In this document: one piece after another, positions 37,463-51,128 of the stretch
Layout of the letters: every line of letters starts with the position of its first letter
Position numbering within the stretch: the first letter of the stretch is position 1
Assembly (NCBI GenBank): GCA_951406725.2
Contig: OX597843.1
Span: 20,956,001 to 21,020,000 of the forward strand
Direction of reading: 5' to 3'
Source of the DNA: Octopus vulgaris
Lineage: Eukaryota
Length of the DNA: 64,000 bases
Program-made: the position numbers and the translations under genes
The notes under the pieces: model-generated
Database searches by the model: none
Told to the model about the DNA's origin: nothing
Seen by the model: the letters and a program-made list of their open reading frames with translations, nothing else

Positions 37463-37797
37463 TAAGGGTAAAGACCCCCTTCGGTCATGAGTGACCATGG
37501 GATTGCACCTAGAAAATTACCCTCCTAGACACAAGTCCGGGCAAGATTGTTTATGGAAGACCAGCAGTCGCCCATTCATACCAGCCTCCCCTCTCCACGC
37601 CACCAGTGTTATCCAAGGGAAAGACAAAGGTCGATACAGCTTGGCACCAGTGACGTCGCAACTCATTTCTACAGCTGAGTGAACTGGAGCAACGTGAAGT
37701 AAAGTGCCTTGCTCAAGAACACAACACGCAGCCCGATCCGGGATTCAAGCTCACAACCTCAGGATCGTAAGCTCGACGCTCTAACCACTGAGCCATA
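37463..37797 (-). mobile_element. tRNA-derived SINE (family 1)
   Basis: Minus-strand head ATGGCTCAGTGGTTAGAGCGTCGAGC...GAGCTTGAATCCCG. Body matches 7000-7312. Confidence 0.88.
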
Positions 37798-37851
37798 ATA
37801 TATAAATATATCATATAAAAATATAAATTTTGCATATAACACCTTGAATAT

Positions 37852-40060
37852 ATGGAGTGGCAGCGGCTTGAAATAGGTATTGCAGCCGGATGCACGATAT
37901 CAGTCATCTTATTCGTGCTAGTCATGGAAATGCTACTCAGATCTACAAACTGCGAGAAAGCTGTTACTAAGACACCATTAAGGGCTTTTATGGACGACAT
38001 AACTATATAATCGGAGAGTAGAGAAGAAGCAGAGGAAATGCTTGAGCGATTGGACGAACTGATAGCATGGGCAAGGATGAAATTCAAAGCCAAAAACTCT
38101 CGAAGCGTGGCTTTCGTGAAAGGAAGACAAGAAGTGAAATTTATGATAGGAAGTGAAGACATACACACAGTGATAGAAAAACCAGTAAAGTGTCTCGGCA
38201 GATGGTATAGAGATTTACTAAATGATAAGAAGCAAGGGAAATAAACACACGAGTTAGAAGAACAAGGATTAAATGCAATTGACAGAACAACGCTGCTGGG
38301 AAAATTCAAATGTTGGATACTGCAATTTGGGCTGTACCCAAGAATAATGTGGTCATTGCAAATGTACGAAATAGCCTCAAGTAGAGCAGAAAGGATGGAA
38401 CAAAGATGCAGTGTGTTTATCAGAAAATGGCTTGGTCTGCCGAAACCACTGAATACAACTGCACTATATGGAAATGCCGTGCTGCAACTACCAATAACCT
38501 CAATCGCCGAAGAATATAAGGCAGGAAAGGCAAGGACAGTAATGATGCTAAGGTATTCAAAAGATCAGAGTATCCGGGAAAACCCTCCAAAGGTACGAAA
38601 AGGGAGGAAATAGAAGGCGGAAGAGGCAGTAAACAGGGCGATAGGAAAACTAAAGCACGCAGATATAGTCGGAGTGACGCAAAAAGCTACAACCGGCCTA
38701 GGGTCGCAAAATTCCAGGCCATTTTGCAAGAGCAGTGTAAAAGAGATGAAAGAGGCATTGGTATACGAAGTGAGAAATGAGCAAGAAGAAAGGCGAAATG
38801 TACATTTTGTTTGATGCAGTTAAAATTGACAATGCCTGAGATCAACCGCAGAATATCATGGAAGGAACTTTGGGCTTGGGAACAAGCAAGAACATCCTTC
38901 CTGATCAAGTCTACTTCCGACGTTCTACCTTCACCGGCGAACTTAGTCCGGTTGAACATAAACAAAACTGATGACTGTAGATGCGGAGAGAAAGCGACGG
39001 TTAGACATGTTCTATCAAATTGCAGACTAGCACTTGAAAGATATACTTGGCAACATAATCAAGTCCTCAGCGTCATAAGCGCAGCACTCAAGGAGAAGAT
39101 CGAGAGGTACAATAGGGGAGAGTACCCAAAAGTAGAAAAGCGCAGGAAAGTATACTTCCACAGGGAGGGAAAAGACCTACAAGTAAAGTATACAAGATAG
39201 ATGAAAGATGGAAGGGATACTGGGAGGTGGCCACGGACTTGGAAAGACAAGTAGTATTTCCACTAATAAAAGCAACAAAAAGACCGGACTTAGTTCTATG
39301 GAACAGAGACCGGGGAATGGGAATTTTACTAGAACTGACAGTACCTTGGGAAGAGAACATCGGCAATGAAACTAAAGGAGAAGAGATACGAAAAGCTAAT
39401 CGAAGAATGCAGAGAACAGGGATGGAATGTCGAATATTATCACCTGGCAATGGGGGGTAGAGGCTTCTTTGAAAAGAAAATGACAACGCTTTTCAAAAGA
39501 AGATTTGTTTTTTCTAGCCCCGAGCTGCGTAAACTAATAAGGAGAGTACAGGAGGCGGTCGAAAAAGCCAGCTTCTATATATGGCTGAAGCGGGAAGACC
39601 GAAAATGGCTTCAAAATCATAAACACGCCGACGGGAAATAACATCATTAGGTGAGACTGGCTGACTGAATCAGCTTCGCTGACTGACAGGTGAGGGTCGT
39701 TTAGAAAAAGCGCGGGCTAAAACTACGCACCTTCTCTAGTCAGTTAAGGTGAGACAGTGTCATATGACAAGTGGCTGGGGCCTATGCGGCAGGTACTTAA
39801 AGAGAGAAATTTGACAAGACAGTCAGTCACCGGCTGACACTCGCTGACGATACGTCGAAGAGGCCAGGGAAAAGAAGAACGAAGACATGTTCCCAACACC
39901 AGAGCTGAAGACACCTCCGAAAGGGGGGTCCCGCCACGTCAAAACTGTAGAGGAGTAGGGGCCGAAACAAGACGTGGTTCCTCCTGATGATGTCTTGAGC
40001 TTAATGGATCCTATAAAGGAGCTGTTGGGGTAGCAGACCACGAAACACGGTTGTAATTCC
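37852..40060 (+). mobile_element. RLE-type non-LTR retrotransposon (Hero-like), 5'-truncated within RT, degraded
   Basis: GIAAGCTISVILF, RAFMDDI, KCLGRWY, RKWLGLP, CCHC finger, RPDLVLW...ELTVPWEE. Stop at 39641, then 3' UTR. Confidence 0.9.
39945..39996 (+). ncRNA. Candidate rearranged hammerhead ribozyme, copy B
   Basis: CTG-TA-GAGGAG-ta-GGGGCC-GAAA-CAA-gacgtgg-TTCCTC-CTGATGA-TGTCTT. Stem III TGT/ACA. Confidence 0.6.
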
Positions 40061-40224
40061 TAAGTATAAATTTGTTACAATAAGAGAAATAAATAGAATA
40101 ATAATAAATAAAAATAAAGCATACAATGGCAAATTAAAAGACGAATTAAAATTCTAGCGAAATGTACATAGAAGATAATAATTATACAATTTACAAAAAT
40201 ATAAGTTTACAGAGATACAGAGAA

Positions 40225-40312
40225 GTCCCTCTACCGGCCGTTTCGGAGACGCGCCAATTAATATTAGTCAATTCATTTACTTAAAATTGGCACTCCCCTC
40301 ATCAGGATGTCC
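40225..40312 (-). ncRNA. PLE-associated minimal hammerhead motif, copy B
   Basis: Same sequence as 1289-1376. Confidence 0.6.
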
Positions 40313-42088
40313 TATACATACAACACATAGTAAACGTGAACAAATACACAATTACATACCGGCCATATTCAGAAACGAGACATTACGTACTCCCAGAAAT
40401 TTTTCTCCGATCCTGAATGCTATTTTATATGCATATAATTCGATCCAGCGGCCATAGTAAATGATATGCACACAGCGCCATCTGGACCATTTCACTTCTG
40501 CACTTATTTTATTTTATTTTTCTTCAATCTTATAAGTTCTCACATACATGCAAAGCCACATATTCGGGTTCAAGTCCTTGACCCTTTTTATACTAATAGC
40601 TATTTTTTCTTTTAATAATTACATTACTTTAGTTTTATTTCATTTACTACTTACTATACTTTCTAAATTTAATTCAATTGTTATTGCTTAGCTCTAACTT
40701 TTATTGCTATTTCTATTTCTAAATTTCTTATAGAACGTCGAGTGGATCTTATGCGTACACGCCGGTATTGCATCAGTGAACTTATTTAACACTGCGTTGT
40801 TGTAATTTTTCAATATAGTGTATGCTTCCTTATGCATAAACCGCATCTAGTGGACCCAATTCTATAAGGGGAGGCATGCGCAAGGATAGCCCATGATATT
40901 TTAAATTCAACATCCCTTTCCTTAAGGTCATTAACATGTAATGCCAATGTTGTAGAGGTCCTATATTTAGGATTGTTGAAAGAGCTCAGGTGGGATCGAT
41001 ACCTCTGCTTAAAGTCTACTGTGCTTCCAATATATATTTTTCTCTGGCTCCTTGAGCCTCAACACTACATTTATAAACTACATTTTCCTGGCGACAATTT
41101 CCGCTAATCGGACATACTGATGGGCCCCCTACAATTACATTTCTTCAACCTGCTACGGGGTCTCGTATTACTGATCACTCCGAAACCATGCCCCCTCCCA
41201 GTACTAGGATCCACCATATCATTTACACCATCGTTCCTACTATTTTCCGGTATATGTATTGTTATATGTATATGTATTATTATTCTTACTATTACCATCA
41301 TTCTTATTTTTATTTTTACTAATATTTATATTACCATTATCACTACAATTAACACTATTATTACCACCCTGATAATCATTATAATCACTAATATCATCAT
41401 CAACATCATTATTATGATTATCTCTACTATTTGCATTAATTGTCATTCCAATACGCCCTTCATAATCGATTTCAGAAGGCGTACTATTAATATTACTACT
41501 ATCTTCTGTCCTTAATGAATTTTCCATTAAAGCTTCTGTCATCATTTCTATCATTATAGCGCCTTATTTTACTTCTGTTCAACGAAGCAACAATAGATCC
41601 GACATTGGGAGTGTCTGCGTAGGCCACCTTGATTGTTGACTTGTTACATATTGAATAGTACTTATGGTGTTTTGGGAAATTTTCCTTCAATAACTTTAAA
41701 AATAACTTTGGTAAACCTTTCACCCTTAATGAAAAGGGAGAGGCAAACCAAGTAACTTGACGAATCCTAGACTTGGTATTAATAATGGGATTACAATATG
41801 TTGCTCGACTTGACGTAAGGCCATTCCTGTATCTATTAGTAATATTTATATCTTTATTTTTTCTACTATTAGTATTATTCTTATTCCTATTTTCAACTTC
41901 ACTAGACCTAGGCCCAACTTTAAAACTCAATTCACATTTATGACTGCTATAATTTGCAACCCCTTCCCTCCCGTTGCTGTTATCATCCATGGTATTTTCA
42001 TCATTACAATTCTCATTATTAACCTTATTAACGTGGTTACCATTTACAAAACCAAACACATCACATATATTTCTCTTATTTCCAAATC

Positions 42089-43018
42089 TCATTTCATCAG
42101 CTTGTTGCAAGTTCCTTGGGGATCATGAGGGGAGCCTCTGATATCCGAAATCCGTTTCATATCGTCGCTGACGATGCTGGACAATTTAATTTTTAATTTT
42201 GTATTGTGTATGTATTTAATATCATTTGTGAACCCACTCAATTTTAAGGCATTGTTGTATATTGGGGCGTGTTGATTAAAGATGTTTTGCTTCGCCGATA
42301 GGTTTGAGATTCTGATAGACATTGCAGTTATAATGCTATTGATGGTTGATTTGGGATTATTTGAGGAAACATTGATATATCGGAAAGTTTGGTTTGGTTT
42401 TCGGAAAGGGTAGTGTAAGCTAGTATTCAGATTGAGAGTGATGTCGAAGAAATTTGCCACTTTAGGATTATTCTCAAAAACGATGCTCAAATTATAAAAG
42501 TCCTTGAGAGATTCTCTAAGGTCCTTCTTCATTCTTTCAATCTGAGGATTTGAATGATTAGAGAAGATGAATAATGCGTCATCCCAATAAATCCCTTCGG
42601 ATAGAGATGGGAAAAACCGCTTAAACTTGTCTAACAAAAATAGACCAACAATATCCGTTACTTGAGCCGAGTCCGATGATTCCATAGTGATGTCGAATAA
42701 AATAAAAGAATGCGATTTAGACCAGTGGTGCTTTCCATAATTTATCAGAGTCATTCTTGCTGCTTGAATAATATCAATATCTAGATTCGATATTTCAACA
42801 AAGTTCCGGGCTAAAATGATTGCTTTATTCAGTAAGATGGGAGAGATCAAGGAGTTGTAATTCGAAATATCAAATTGTACAAATGACGATGAGTCATCAC
42901 ATTTAATTGTGTGAAACCTATATAAAATAGCATTGGTAGATTCCCATAAGGGCAACATCGTCCTTTCTCTTATCACTGGAATAATTCTATCCAATATGGA
43001 TTTGCTGATTCTACCCAA
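42089..43018 (-). pseudogene. PLE reverse transcriptase core (309-aa open stretch)
   Basis: FVQFDI...FDITMES...GIYWDDAL...FFDITLNL. Longest ORF in the window, with frameshifts or stops on both sides. Confidence 0.85.
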
Positions 43019-43429
43019 GTCAAATTTAGTTGGGCAAATTAATCGTATTGACAGTTTGGCAAGAAAATCTTTTTAATGGGCCTTTAGGGTGCAGTGCGGA
43101 GGCTTAGGATCATAAGGTTGCGTGCAGTCAAGGATTCCTAATTCAGAAATTAAGTCGTAGTGTCTATTATTAATGTCGGCAAGAGCCGATTTCTTGGCGA
43201 TTTTGTATTTAGCGTGCAGCTCTTTGGATATCAATTTATCCTACGTTTCATAAGGCACTGAATAAATATTGCCTGTTTTATCAGAAAGAATGTGTAGATT
43301 AGGATCTAAATGTTGGGCTTTATAGATATAAATGAGTATATGAAGATTTGTATGTGTTTGGTCTTTCTGTGGATTTTGTGATGCTCCTGTAGTTGTTGCT
43401 CGCATTGCCTCCCCTCGGATCAAAAAGTC

Positions 43430-43491
<62 letters not shown>

Positions 43492-44594
43492 TATACATAT
43501 ATATGTATATATTGTTATATTTCGGAATGGTCATTTCGCCCGTTTACCCAATAAAAAACACACGCACTATATATTTGGTGTTACTTTGCTTCAGTGTTAT
43601 TTATTTTTTACATTAATCTTAATCTTATTTCGGCCAAAGTTCTTTCGTCACACTCCTGTGACCGCATCAGTGGTCCTTTGTTTTCTTTTTTCTTATTTGT
43701 GTCTCTCCTTACTAAACGTCAGTAATTTTGTATTTCTATTGTATGTCTTCATTTGCGCATGTTTATATCTCTATGTGCGTGTATGTTTATTTAGTGTGTG
43801 TGGGGTGATGCCTGTAATATTTGTATCTTCTGTTTATATACGTTGATGTAATATGTTTTTGTTGTTGTTTTTGTTTATTCTTATTTTGTTCATGTGTTTA
43901 CATCCACTAATTATCATTACATATGCTTGTAAGTATGTATATATGTATAAAAACAATACTAGTAATAATAATAATAAATCGAAAAAAAATAAAATAGTTA
44001 TTTATTTCTATTTGTTTATTTATCTGTGTATTTATTATGTTTTCGGGATCCTCTACCGTCATATATTGTGGTGTGTACTAGTGTTCCATTCTAGTTTTCT
44101 ATTCAGGCTAGGTTCATTTTCTATTATATGTGTAGCTTCTGTAATTTGTCTGATTGTTGCATCTGTTCTATGTGTGGACAATATTTTAATTTCTATGTTG
44201 TTGTTAGAACCCCTGTGTTCCTGTTCGGCGTGTTGGTACAGAATCGATGAGCTTTTAACTTCCTTGAGTTGTCTCCAATGACCATTTACCCGCTCTCCTA
44301 TGCTTATTTCTGTTTCCCCTACGTATGTCGTTGTCTTATTACTGCATCGTTCCTCTTCACATCTTATACTATAGACACAATTTCTGGCTTTACAGGAGTG
44401 TCACGAAAGAACTCTGGCCGAAATAAGATTACGATTAATATAAAAAATAAATAACACTGAAGCAAAGTAACACCAGATATATAGTGCGTGTGTTTATATT
44501 GGCTAAACTGGCAAAATGACCATTCCGAAATATAACAACATTTGTTTCAACACACGACTTCACATAAAAAATCTTGCACAACAAATACATAAAC

Positions 44595-44653
<59 letters not shown>

Positions 44654-44714
44654 TAAAACGGTAAGATAACAAAAGAAAGAAAGAGACCTCAATATTATGT
44701 AAATAGAGGAAATT

Positions 44715-44922
44715 TATCTATACAATAATATGTTACATTACTGGATAGTCAAGATAAAACTCTGAGTTTCAGATGCCAAAGTGGAAATCCACAACACCAT
44801 CTCTTCGGTTATCTGGCTATTTTCCAGATAACCGAAGAGATGGTGTTGTGGATTTCCACTTCGGCATCTGAAACTCAGAGTTTTATCTTGACTATCGAGT
44901 AATGTAACATATTATTGTATAG

Positions 44923-44925
<3 letters not shown>
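44715..44925. repeat. 102-bp-arm palindrome, copy B
   Basis: Same arms, loop and two arm mismatches as 5769-5979. Confidence 0.92.
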
Positions 44926-44990
<65 letters not shown>

Positions 44991-45949
44991 TGTATGTATG
45001 TATGTATGCATATATGAGGAGGCAAAACTATATAAAAATTTGTTGTTAACGATGCACCTAAATTTGGATTTTTTAAAAATAACCTTATTTGAATTGTTTT
45101 TAAATAACCTTTTTTACATACATACCAAACTGGTTTCAACAATACTTTTATCAATGGTAAAAATTTTAAATAATGAACTAGAATAACATGTTTCAATATT
45201 TACAAGTGTCAGTAATATGAAATATGATTTAAATATTCATAACATTCAATAATATAAAAGATGTGGAACGTGTTGGTTAAAAGCATAACATTCAAAATAT
45301 CGATAAGAAATATGTATCATCAGAGTTTCGGCCATACAGGGTAAAGAAGGAGAAAAACAAGGGAGAAATTGATATAGTAGAAAAAGGGAAATCTTTGAGC
45401 ACAGTCTCTGTGAATCATTGTCCGTCGTGTGCAAGGACTTTTGCTTGTAACGGCGTTTTTTGGAATTGGATGTGTTTACAATTATTTCCGTGAACCGATC
45501 TGGTATTTGATTCATTAAATTACAGGTGACGTCTAATTTTTCTGGTGGGCAAGGTTGTTGTTCTGCCTGGTTGACTTCCCATTGGGGGACGGGCATAAAC
45601 CATTCCAGTTGGTTGATTCTCTTAAAGCGTCACTTTGTTGTGTTTGCTCAAGTTCGGTTCTGATCAGATGTATAATTTCAATGATTTATGTGACATCAGC
45701 AACTGGTGTTTATATGGTGTTATTGTATGGCGATTTGGATTTGCTATTTCGAAACCCGCGTTGAAGACTGGTACTAAAGATTTTTGAATTACGTCTGTTG
45801 CATCTCAATTTTTTATTGTGGAAAAATTGTTTCTTTTTCCCTTTTCTGTTTAGTGTTTAAACAGAGGTGAATAAGAGAGAATGAATTAAACGATATTCTT
45901 TATTCCATAACACTACCATTGTATATTGTTCAGATGATATAAGTAATAT

Positions 45950-46270
45950 ATAGTGCATGGAACAGTGGTTAGAGCGTGGAGCTTACAATCATGAGGTTGT
46001 GAGTTCGAATCCCGGACCGGGCTGGGTGTTGTATTCTTGAGCAAGACCCTTTATTTCGCGTTGCTCCAGTTCACTCAGCTGTAGAAGTGAGTTGCGACGT
46101 CACAGGTTCCAAGTTGTATCGGCAGTTGCCTTTCCCTTAGATAGAGAGGGGAGGCCGGTATGCATGGGTGACTGCTGGTCTTCCATAAACAAACTTGCCC
46201 GGACTTATGCTTGGGAGGGTAACTTTCTAGGTGCAATCCCACGTCAGTAATGACCGACGGAGGTCTCAAC
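45950..46270 (+). mobile_element. tRNA-derived SINE (family 1), copy B
   Basis: CAGTGGTTAGAGC...GAGTTCGAATCCCGG. Counterpart of 7000-7312. Confidence 0.85.
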
Positions 46271-46417
46271 TCAATCCTTACCATCTATCGTAGGTGTAAA
46301 ATATGCTTTTAGGTGAGTATTTCAATAAGTTCTACGTTGGATCATACTATCATTTCACAGACACATGTTCCACCTTTGATGGCAGTGATCACACATGATA
46401 TTAACCCAGTATTAACG

Positions 46418-46538
46418 ATACTGGGCTTACAAAGAATAAGTCCCGGGGTCGATTTGCTCGACTAAAAGGCGGTGTTCTAGCATGGCCGAAGTCAAATGAC
46501 TGAAACAAGTAAAAGAGTAAAAGAGGGAGTAAAGAGTA
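46418..46538 (+). mobile_element. 5'-truncated SINE family 2 tail, unique to copy B
   Basis: GGCTTACAAAGAATAAGTCCCGGGGTCGA...ATGACTGAAACAAGTAAAAGAG is the reverse complement of 32446-32555. Confidence 0.85.
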
Positions 46539-46989
46539 TTTGAAAGATTTAGGACTCTACTCCATGGAGCGAAAACCGGAGATGTATTTAGTGATATGTG
46601 TGGAAGTTACTAGGGAAGCTTGTATCAAACTTTGGAATTCAGAATTATACCAGACCCCGAATTGGACGTCACTGCACTGTTCTAAAATTCCCAGATCTTT
46701 CATTTAATATTAGGAGAATGTACTGCAATAGTTTGGAGTTCAAGTGCTCACAGATATTTAACAGATCTGAAGAGTGGGTTTAGATGTTTCAACATTCGAC
46801 TTGACCTCTTGCTATACAAGTGAACCAATATCAGGGCAGGAATCTCAAAAGACTGCAGCGGTAGCGAACTTTGGCCAATCCCATAAACTCGGCCAGTCGA
46901 AAAGTGTTTACACTGGTGGGGCCCCAGCATCGACACAGCCTCAGGGTTAAAACATATAAAAGAATAAAAGAATATATATATATATATAT

Positions 46990-47710
46990 ATGAATGAAGG
47001 TTTGCAAATGCAATTTTAAAAGATGTTTATTTACTTGACCGGTTTCACTTTTTTAGAAAAAGATTGTCAAAAGTAACATGTAAAAGCTTTGTTGTGTTAG
47101 GTACTGATTGTCTACAATACATATACGCATTCTTTGATAATAATATGAACATTTAGATAGTATATAAATGTACAATGAGGGAGATATGTTTAGTTTGAAC
47201 TGACCTGATTCCGCATATTATCGTAAAAGCTTTTTACGATAATATGGGGAATCAGGTCAGTTCAAACTAAACATATCTCCCTCATTGTACATTTATATAC
47301 TACCAAAATGTAACCTTTTTGAACTTATAATTTTCTGTGTGTATATATACAGATACAATACCAATTTTCCTCTGAACTTTTTAATAATTCTTTCTGTAAA
47401 CTGTTTTTAACATTCTCTTTTTATTATCAAAGAATGTATATATGTATTGTAATATTTTGTACCCAATATTTTAATGAACTTGTCAAATTTCTTTTATATT
47501 TTCCCAAGATTTTCCCTTGTAAACTGTGTTTAACATATTCTTATTATTATCAAAGTATGTATATATGTATTGTAATATTTTGTGACAACCAGTACCTAAC
47601 ACAACAAAGATTTTACATATTGCTTTTGACAATTCTTTCTAAATAACTGAAACCGGTCAAGCAAATAAACATTTTTTAACATTGCATTTTCAAACCTTCT
47701 TTGATATATA
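46990..47710. repeat. Foldback, copy B
   Basis: Inner palindrome ~47149-47312 centred on AAAAGCTTTT. Outer arms carry GAAACCGGTC. Confidence 0.85.
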
Positions 47711-47809
47711 ATTCCACTCGTGCGGTACCTTACAACTCGAAACATTACGTACGACAGTGGTTCTTACGTAATGTTTCGAGTGTATGGGCGCACGAATAAA
47801 TCACAGCTT

Positions 47810-48230
47810 AATCCAGAGCATGTTCATCATTTTATTCCGACATCCTCGGTATTGTGTATTGGGAGGTTTTTCAGGGAGGACGTTTGGGGAAAATGACCGG
47901 ATCTGGATTCGCGAAGTATTGAATTTTTCACGACAAAAATGCACCTATCACCTCACTCGTAAGTTTCTTGCCAAAAACAACATGCTATCGCTTCCGCATC
48001 TGCCCTATTCGCCAGATTTACCACCTGCTGACTTGCATCCGTTCCTCAAGATGAAAAATCAGCTCAGAGGTCGAGATCAAGAGAAAACTTAACATCATTG
48101 TCGAAATCTAGAGGTCCTCGACTCGCCTATGGAAAACTAAGTCCAGGCCGGATTTCAAAAGTGTCAGAAAAGCTGGGGCATTGCATTATTGCTCAGGTAA
48201 CATGAGTTACTTTTATTAAACATAGCTCGT
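47810..48230 (+). mobile_element. Mariner remnant, copy B
   Basis: PYSPDLPPAD in ORF 47784..48092. Confidence 0.85.
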
Positions 48231-48618
48231 TCAGAAAATTTATATATACGACGGGTTTCCTTCAGTTACCGTGAACCCAAGTAACTAACATACACGGGTT
48301 TGTTCGGTTTGAGACCAGATTACACGGAGAAGAACTGAATACAGAAGCAAAATTCTTATCACACAGCCATGCCAATGCCTACGCGAAATCACACACACAC
48401 ACACATACGTATGACGGAAATGGAAAATGAATTCTACGTGATACATTAATCATTACTGCTGTTTCAACCGGTCTTCAATCGGCCCCTCACGGATGAGATA
48501 ATGGTCGATTGGCCGCGGTGCATCTTTCTTTGCAGATGCTTCTCATCAGTTGACATTTCAAAAAGTACTCTACTCAATAAACGCGTTTTTACTCGGTTTT
48601 ATTATAATGTATTTCGTT

Positions 48619-48662
<44 letters not shown>

Positions 48663-50094
48663 TTAAAAAAAAAAATAATAATGATAATAATAATAATAAT
48701 TTTAGTACGAATAAGGTAAAGAAGAAGAAGAAAAAGGAGAAGGAGAAGAAGAAGAAGGTGAAGAAGAACAAAAACAATGACAACAACAACAATAATAACA
48801 ACGAAGAAGTCGGTGATGAAGAAAAAGTAATATAAGTAGGAAGAAAATAGATAAGATGGACAAGAAAAACAATAACAAGAAAATTCGGGAATGAGGATAG
48901 AAATGATAATAAAAATATATCAACATAAGTAAAATTATCAGACATACACACAGACACAAACGTACGAGGGACACACCAAACGTTGTTTTATGTTGTGGAC
49001 GACTAGCTACATTAACATCCTTCCTAAAGAAATTGAAACGGCATATGCAGCCATCACACTGGAGAGTTTGACCAAATTGCCCCAGCTGTAGCTCACTGTA
49101 CAAATAGAAAATGACGACTACCAACATCAACAGGTCATGTAATTGTAGAGTTTAAAATAACTCATTATTGAATCAGTATCTCAAAAGAGTGAGGATGAAT
49201 ATATTTCTATACTTTCTTTTCTTGAAGTGAGTATAACTCTGCATAAATATATATTTCATAATATACCCACCTATAGACACAAATGCAAACATACATATTC
49301 ACGTACAATCATACACTCATACAGAAAATGTTAGACATTTATGCAGACACATAGAGACACAAACACTCATTGACATCTTCATACACACTCTAACATGAAA
49401 ATAGTAGCAGAACATTAGTTAGAGATAGAGAGAGAAAAAGGAAGATAAAAAGACATTAAGTTACTAGAAAAATTTCTTAAATAAAATAATATCAAAAAAC
49501 TTAAGCAACTTACATTTCAACTAAACTTTGAAGGTTTTGAAAGGATATGATAGCGCTGAAGATGATACTGATGATGATGATGATGATGTTTATGATGATG
49601 ATGATGATCATGATCATGATGATGATGTTGATGATGATGATGATGATAATGATGATGATGATGATGGTGACGAAGATGACGATGATGATGATAATGATGA
49701 AAGATATGATGGAAAATTAGAAATTGATTAGAAACGAAGAAGGTGAAGGAAAATAAATCATCGAATTATAGATATAGAGAAGAAGAAGAAGAAGAAGAAG
49801 AAGAAGAAGAAGAAGAAGAAGAAGAAGAAGAAGAAGAAGAAGAAGAAGAAGAAGAAGAAGAAGCAAAAATGATTCATGAAGAGAGGAGAAAGCAGTTGAA
49901 ATAATTAAAAGCAGAAGAACCAGAAAATGATGAACAAGATGAATGTAGAGAAAAATTGTGAAGAAGACGATAAATGCAGGAAAAGAAGATATATTAAGAC
50001 AAGAAAAATAACGTGGAATATCAGAATGGGGAAACAAGTGGGAATAAAGGAATATTAATACAAATACTATAGTCACACATCAAACAAGCACAAA

Positions 50095-50196
<102 letters not shown>

Positions 50197-50364
50197 GATT
50201 ATGCATTTGATTTGCAAGAATTTTGATGTGAAATCGTGTGTTGAAACAGATATTGTTGTATTTTGGAATGGTAATTTTGCCAGTTTAGCCAATAAAAACA
50301 CACGCACTATATATTTGGTGTTACTTTGCTTCAGTGTATTTATTTTTTACATTAATCTTATTTC

Positions 50365-50408
50365 GACCAAAGTACTTTCGTCACACTACTGTGGCCTCAT
50401 CAGTAGTC
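50365..50408 (-). ncRNA. Best-preserved minimal hammerhead of the pLTR-like family
   Basis: Minus strand GACTA-CTGATGA-G-GCCAC-agtagt-GTGAC-GAAA-GTAC-TT-TGGTC. Stem I is 5 bp, stem III is palindromic AGTACT, and there is one extra nt before stem II. Confidence 0.6.
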
Positions 50409-50728
50409 CTTTGTTTTTTTCTTTCATATTTGTGTGTCTCTCCTTATTAACGATCAGCCATTTTGTATTTTGTATTCCTATTGTACGTGTCTTCATTTTC
50501 GCATGGGTATACCTCTATATGTGTCTATGTTTAGTTAGTGTGTGTGTGGGGGAGGTGCCTATAATATTTGTATCTCATGTTTATATACGTACGAAAGAAA
50601 TCTGGCCGAAATATAATTTAGATTAATGTAAAAAATAAATAACGCAGAAGCAAAATAACACCAAATATATAGTGCGTGTGTTTTTATTGGCGAAACTGGC
50701 AAAATGACCATTCCTAAATACAACAACA

Positions 50729-50784
<56 letters not shown>

Positions 50785-51097
50785 GTGTACATACACACAT
50801 CCACCTATATATACCTTATCAAACCCTGATGTATAAACGCACACACTCACTTCCAGGCCACACATATATTCCCACTTTCTTACACAAAGGCAAACCCAAA
50901 TTGCCAGACAATATGAATTGTATAAGAATGAGGGTAAATAAAGAAGATAAGAAAGACATTTAGTTTATGGAAATGACATTGGATGACATATCGTGATCTT
51001 CTTATGAAGAAGATGACTAACATAAGAGAAAGTTGATGATGAAGAATAGACCGAAGAAGAAAACAACGATGAAGCAGCAGCAACAACAGTAGTAGTG

Positions 51098-51128
<31 letters not shown>

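Larger units (their letters stand above)
40065..43430 (-). mobile_element. Penelope-like retroelement, copy B
   Basis: Colinear with 1130-4490. Confidence 0.88.
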
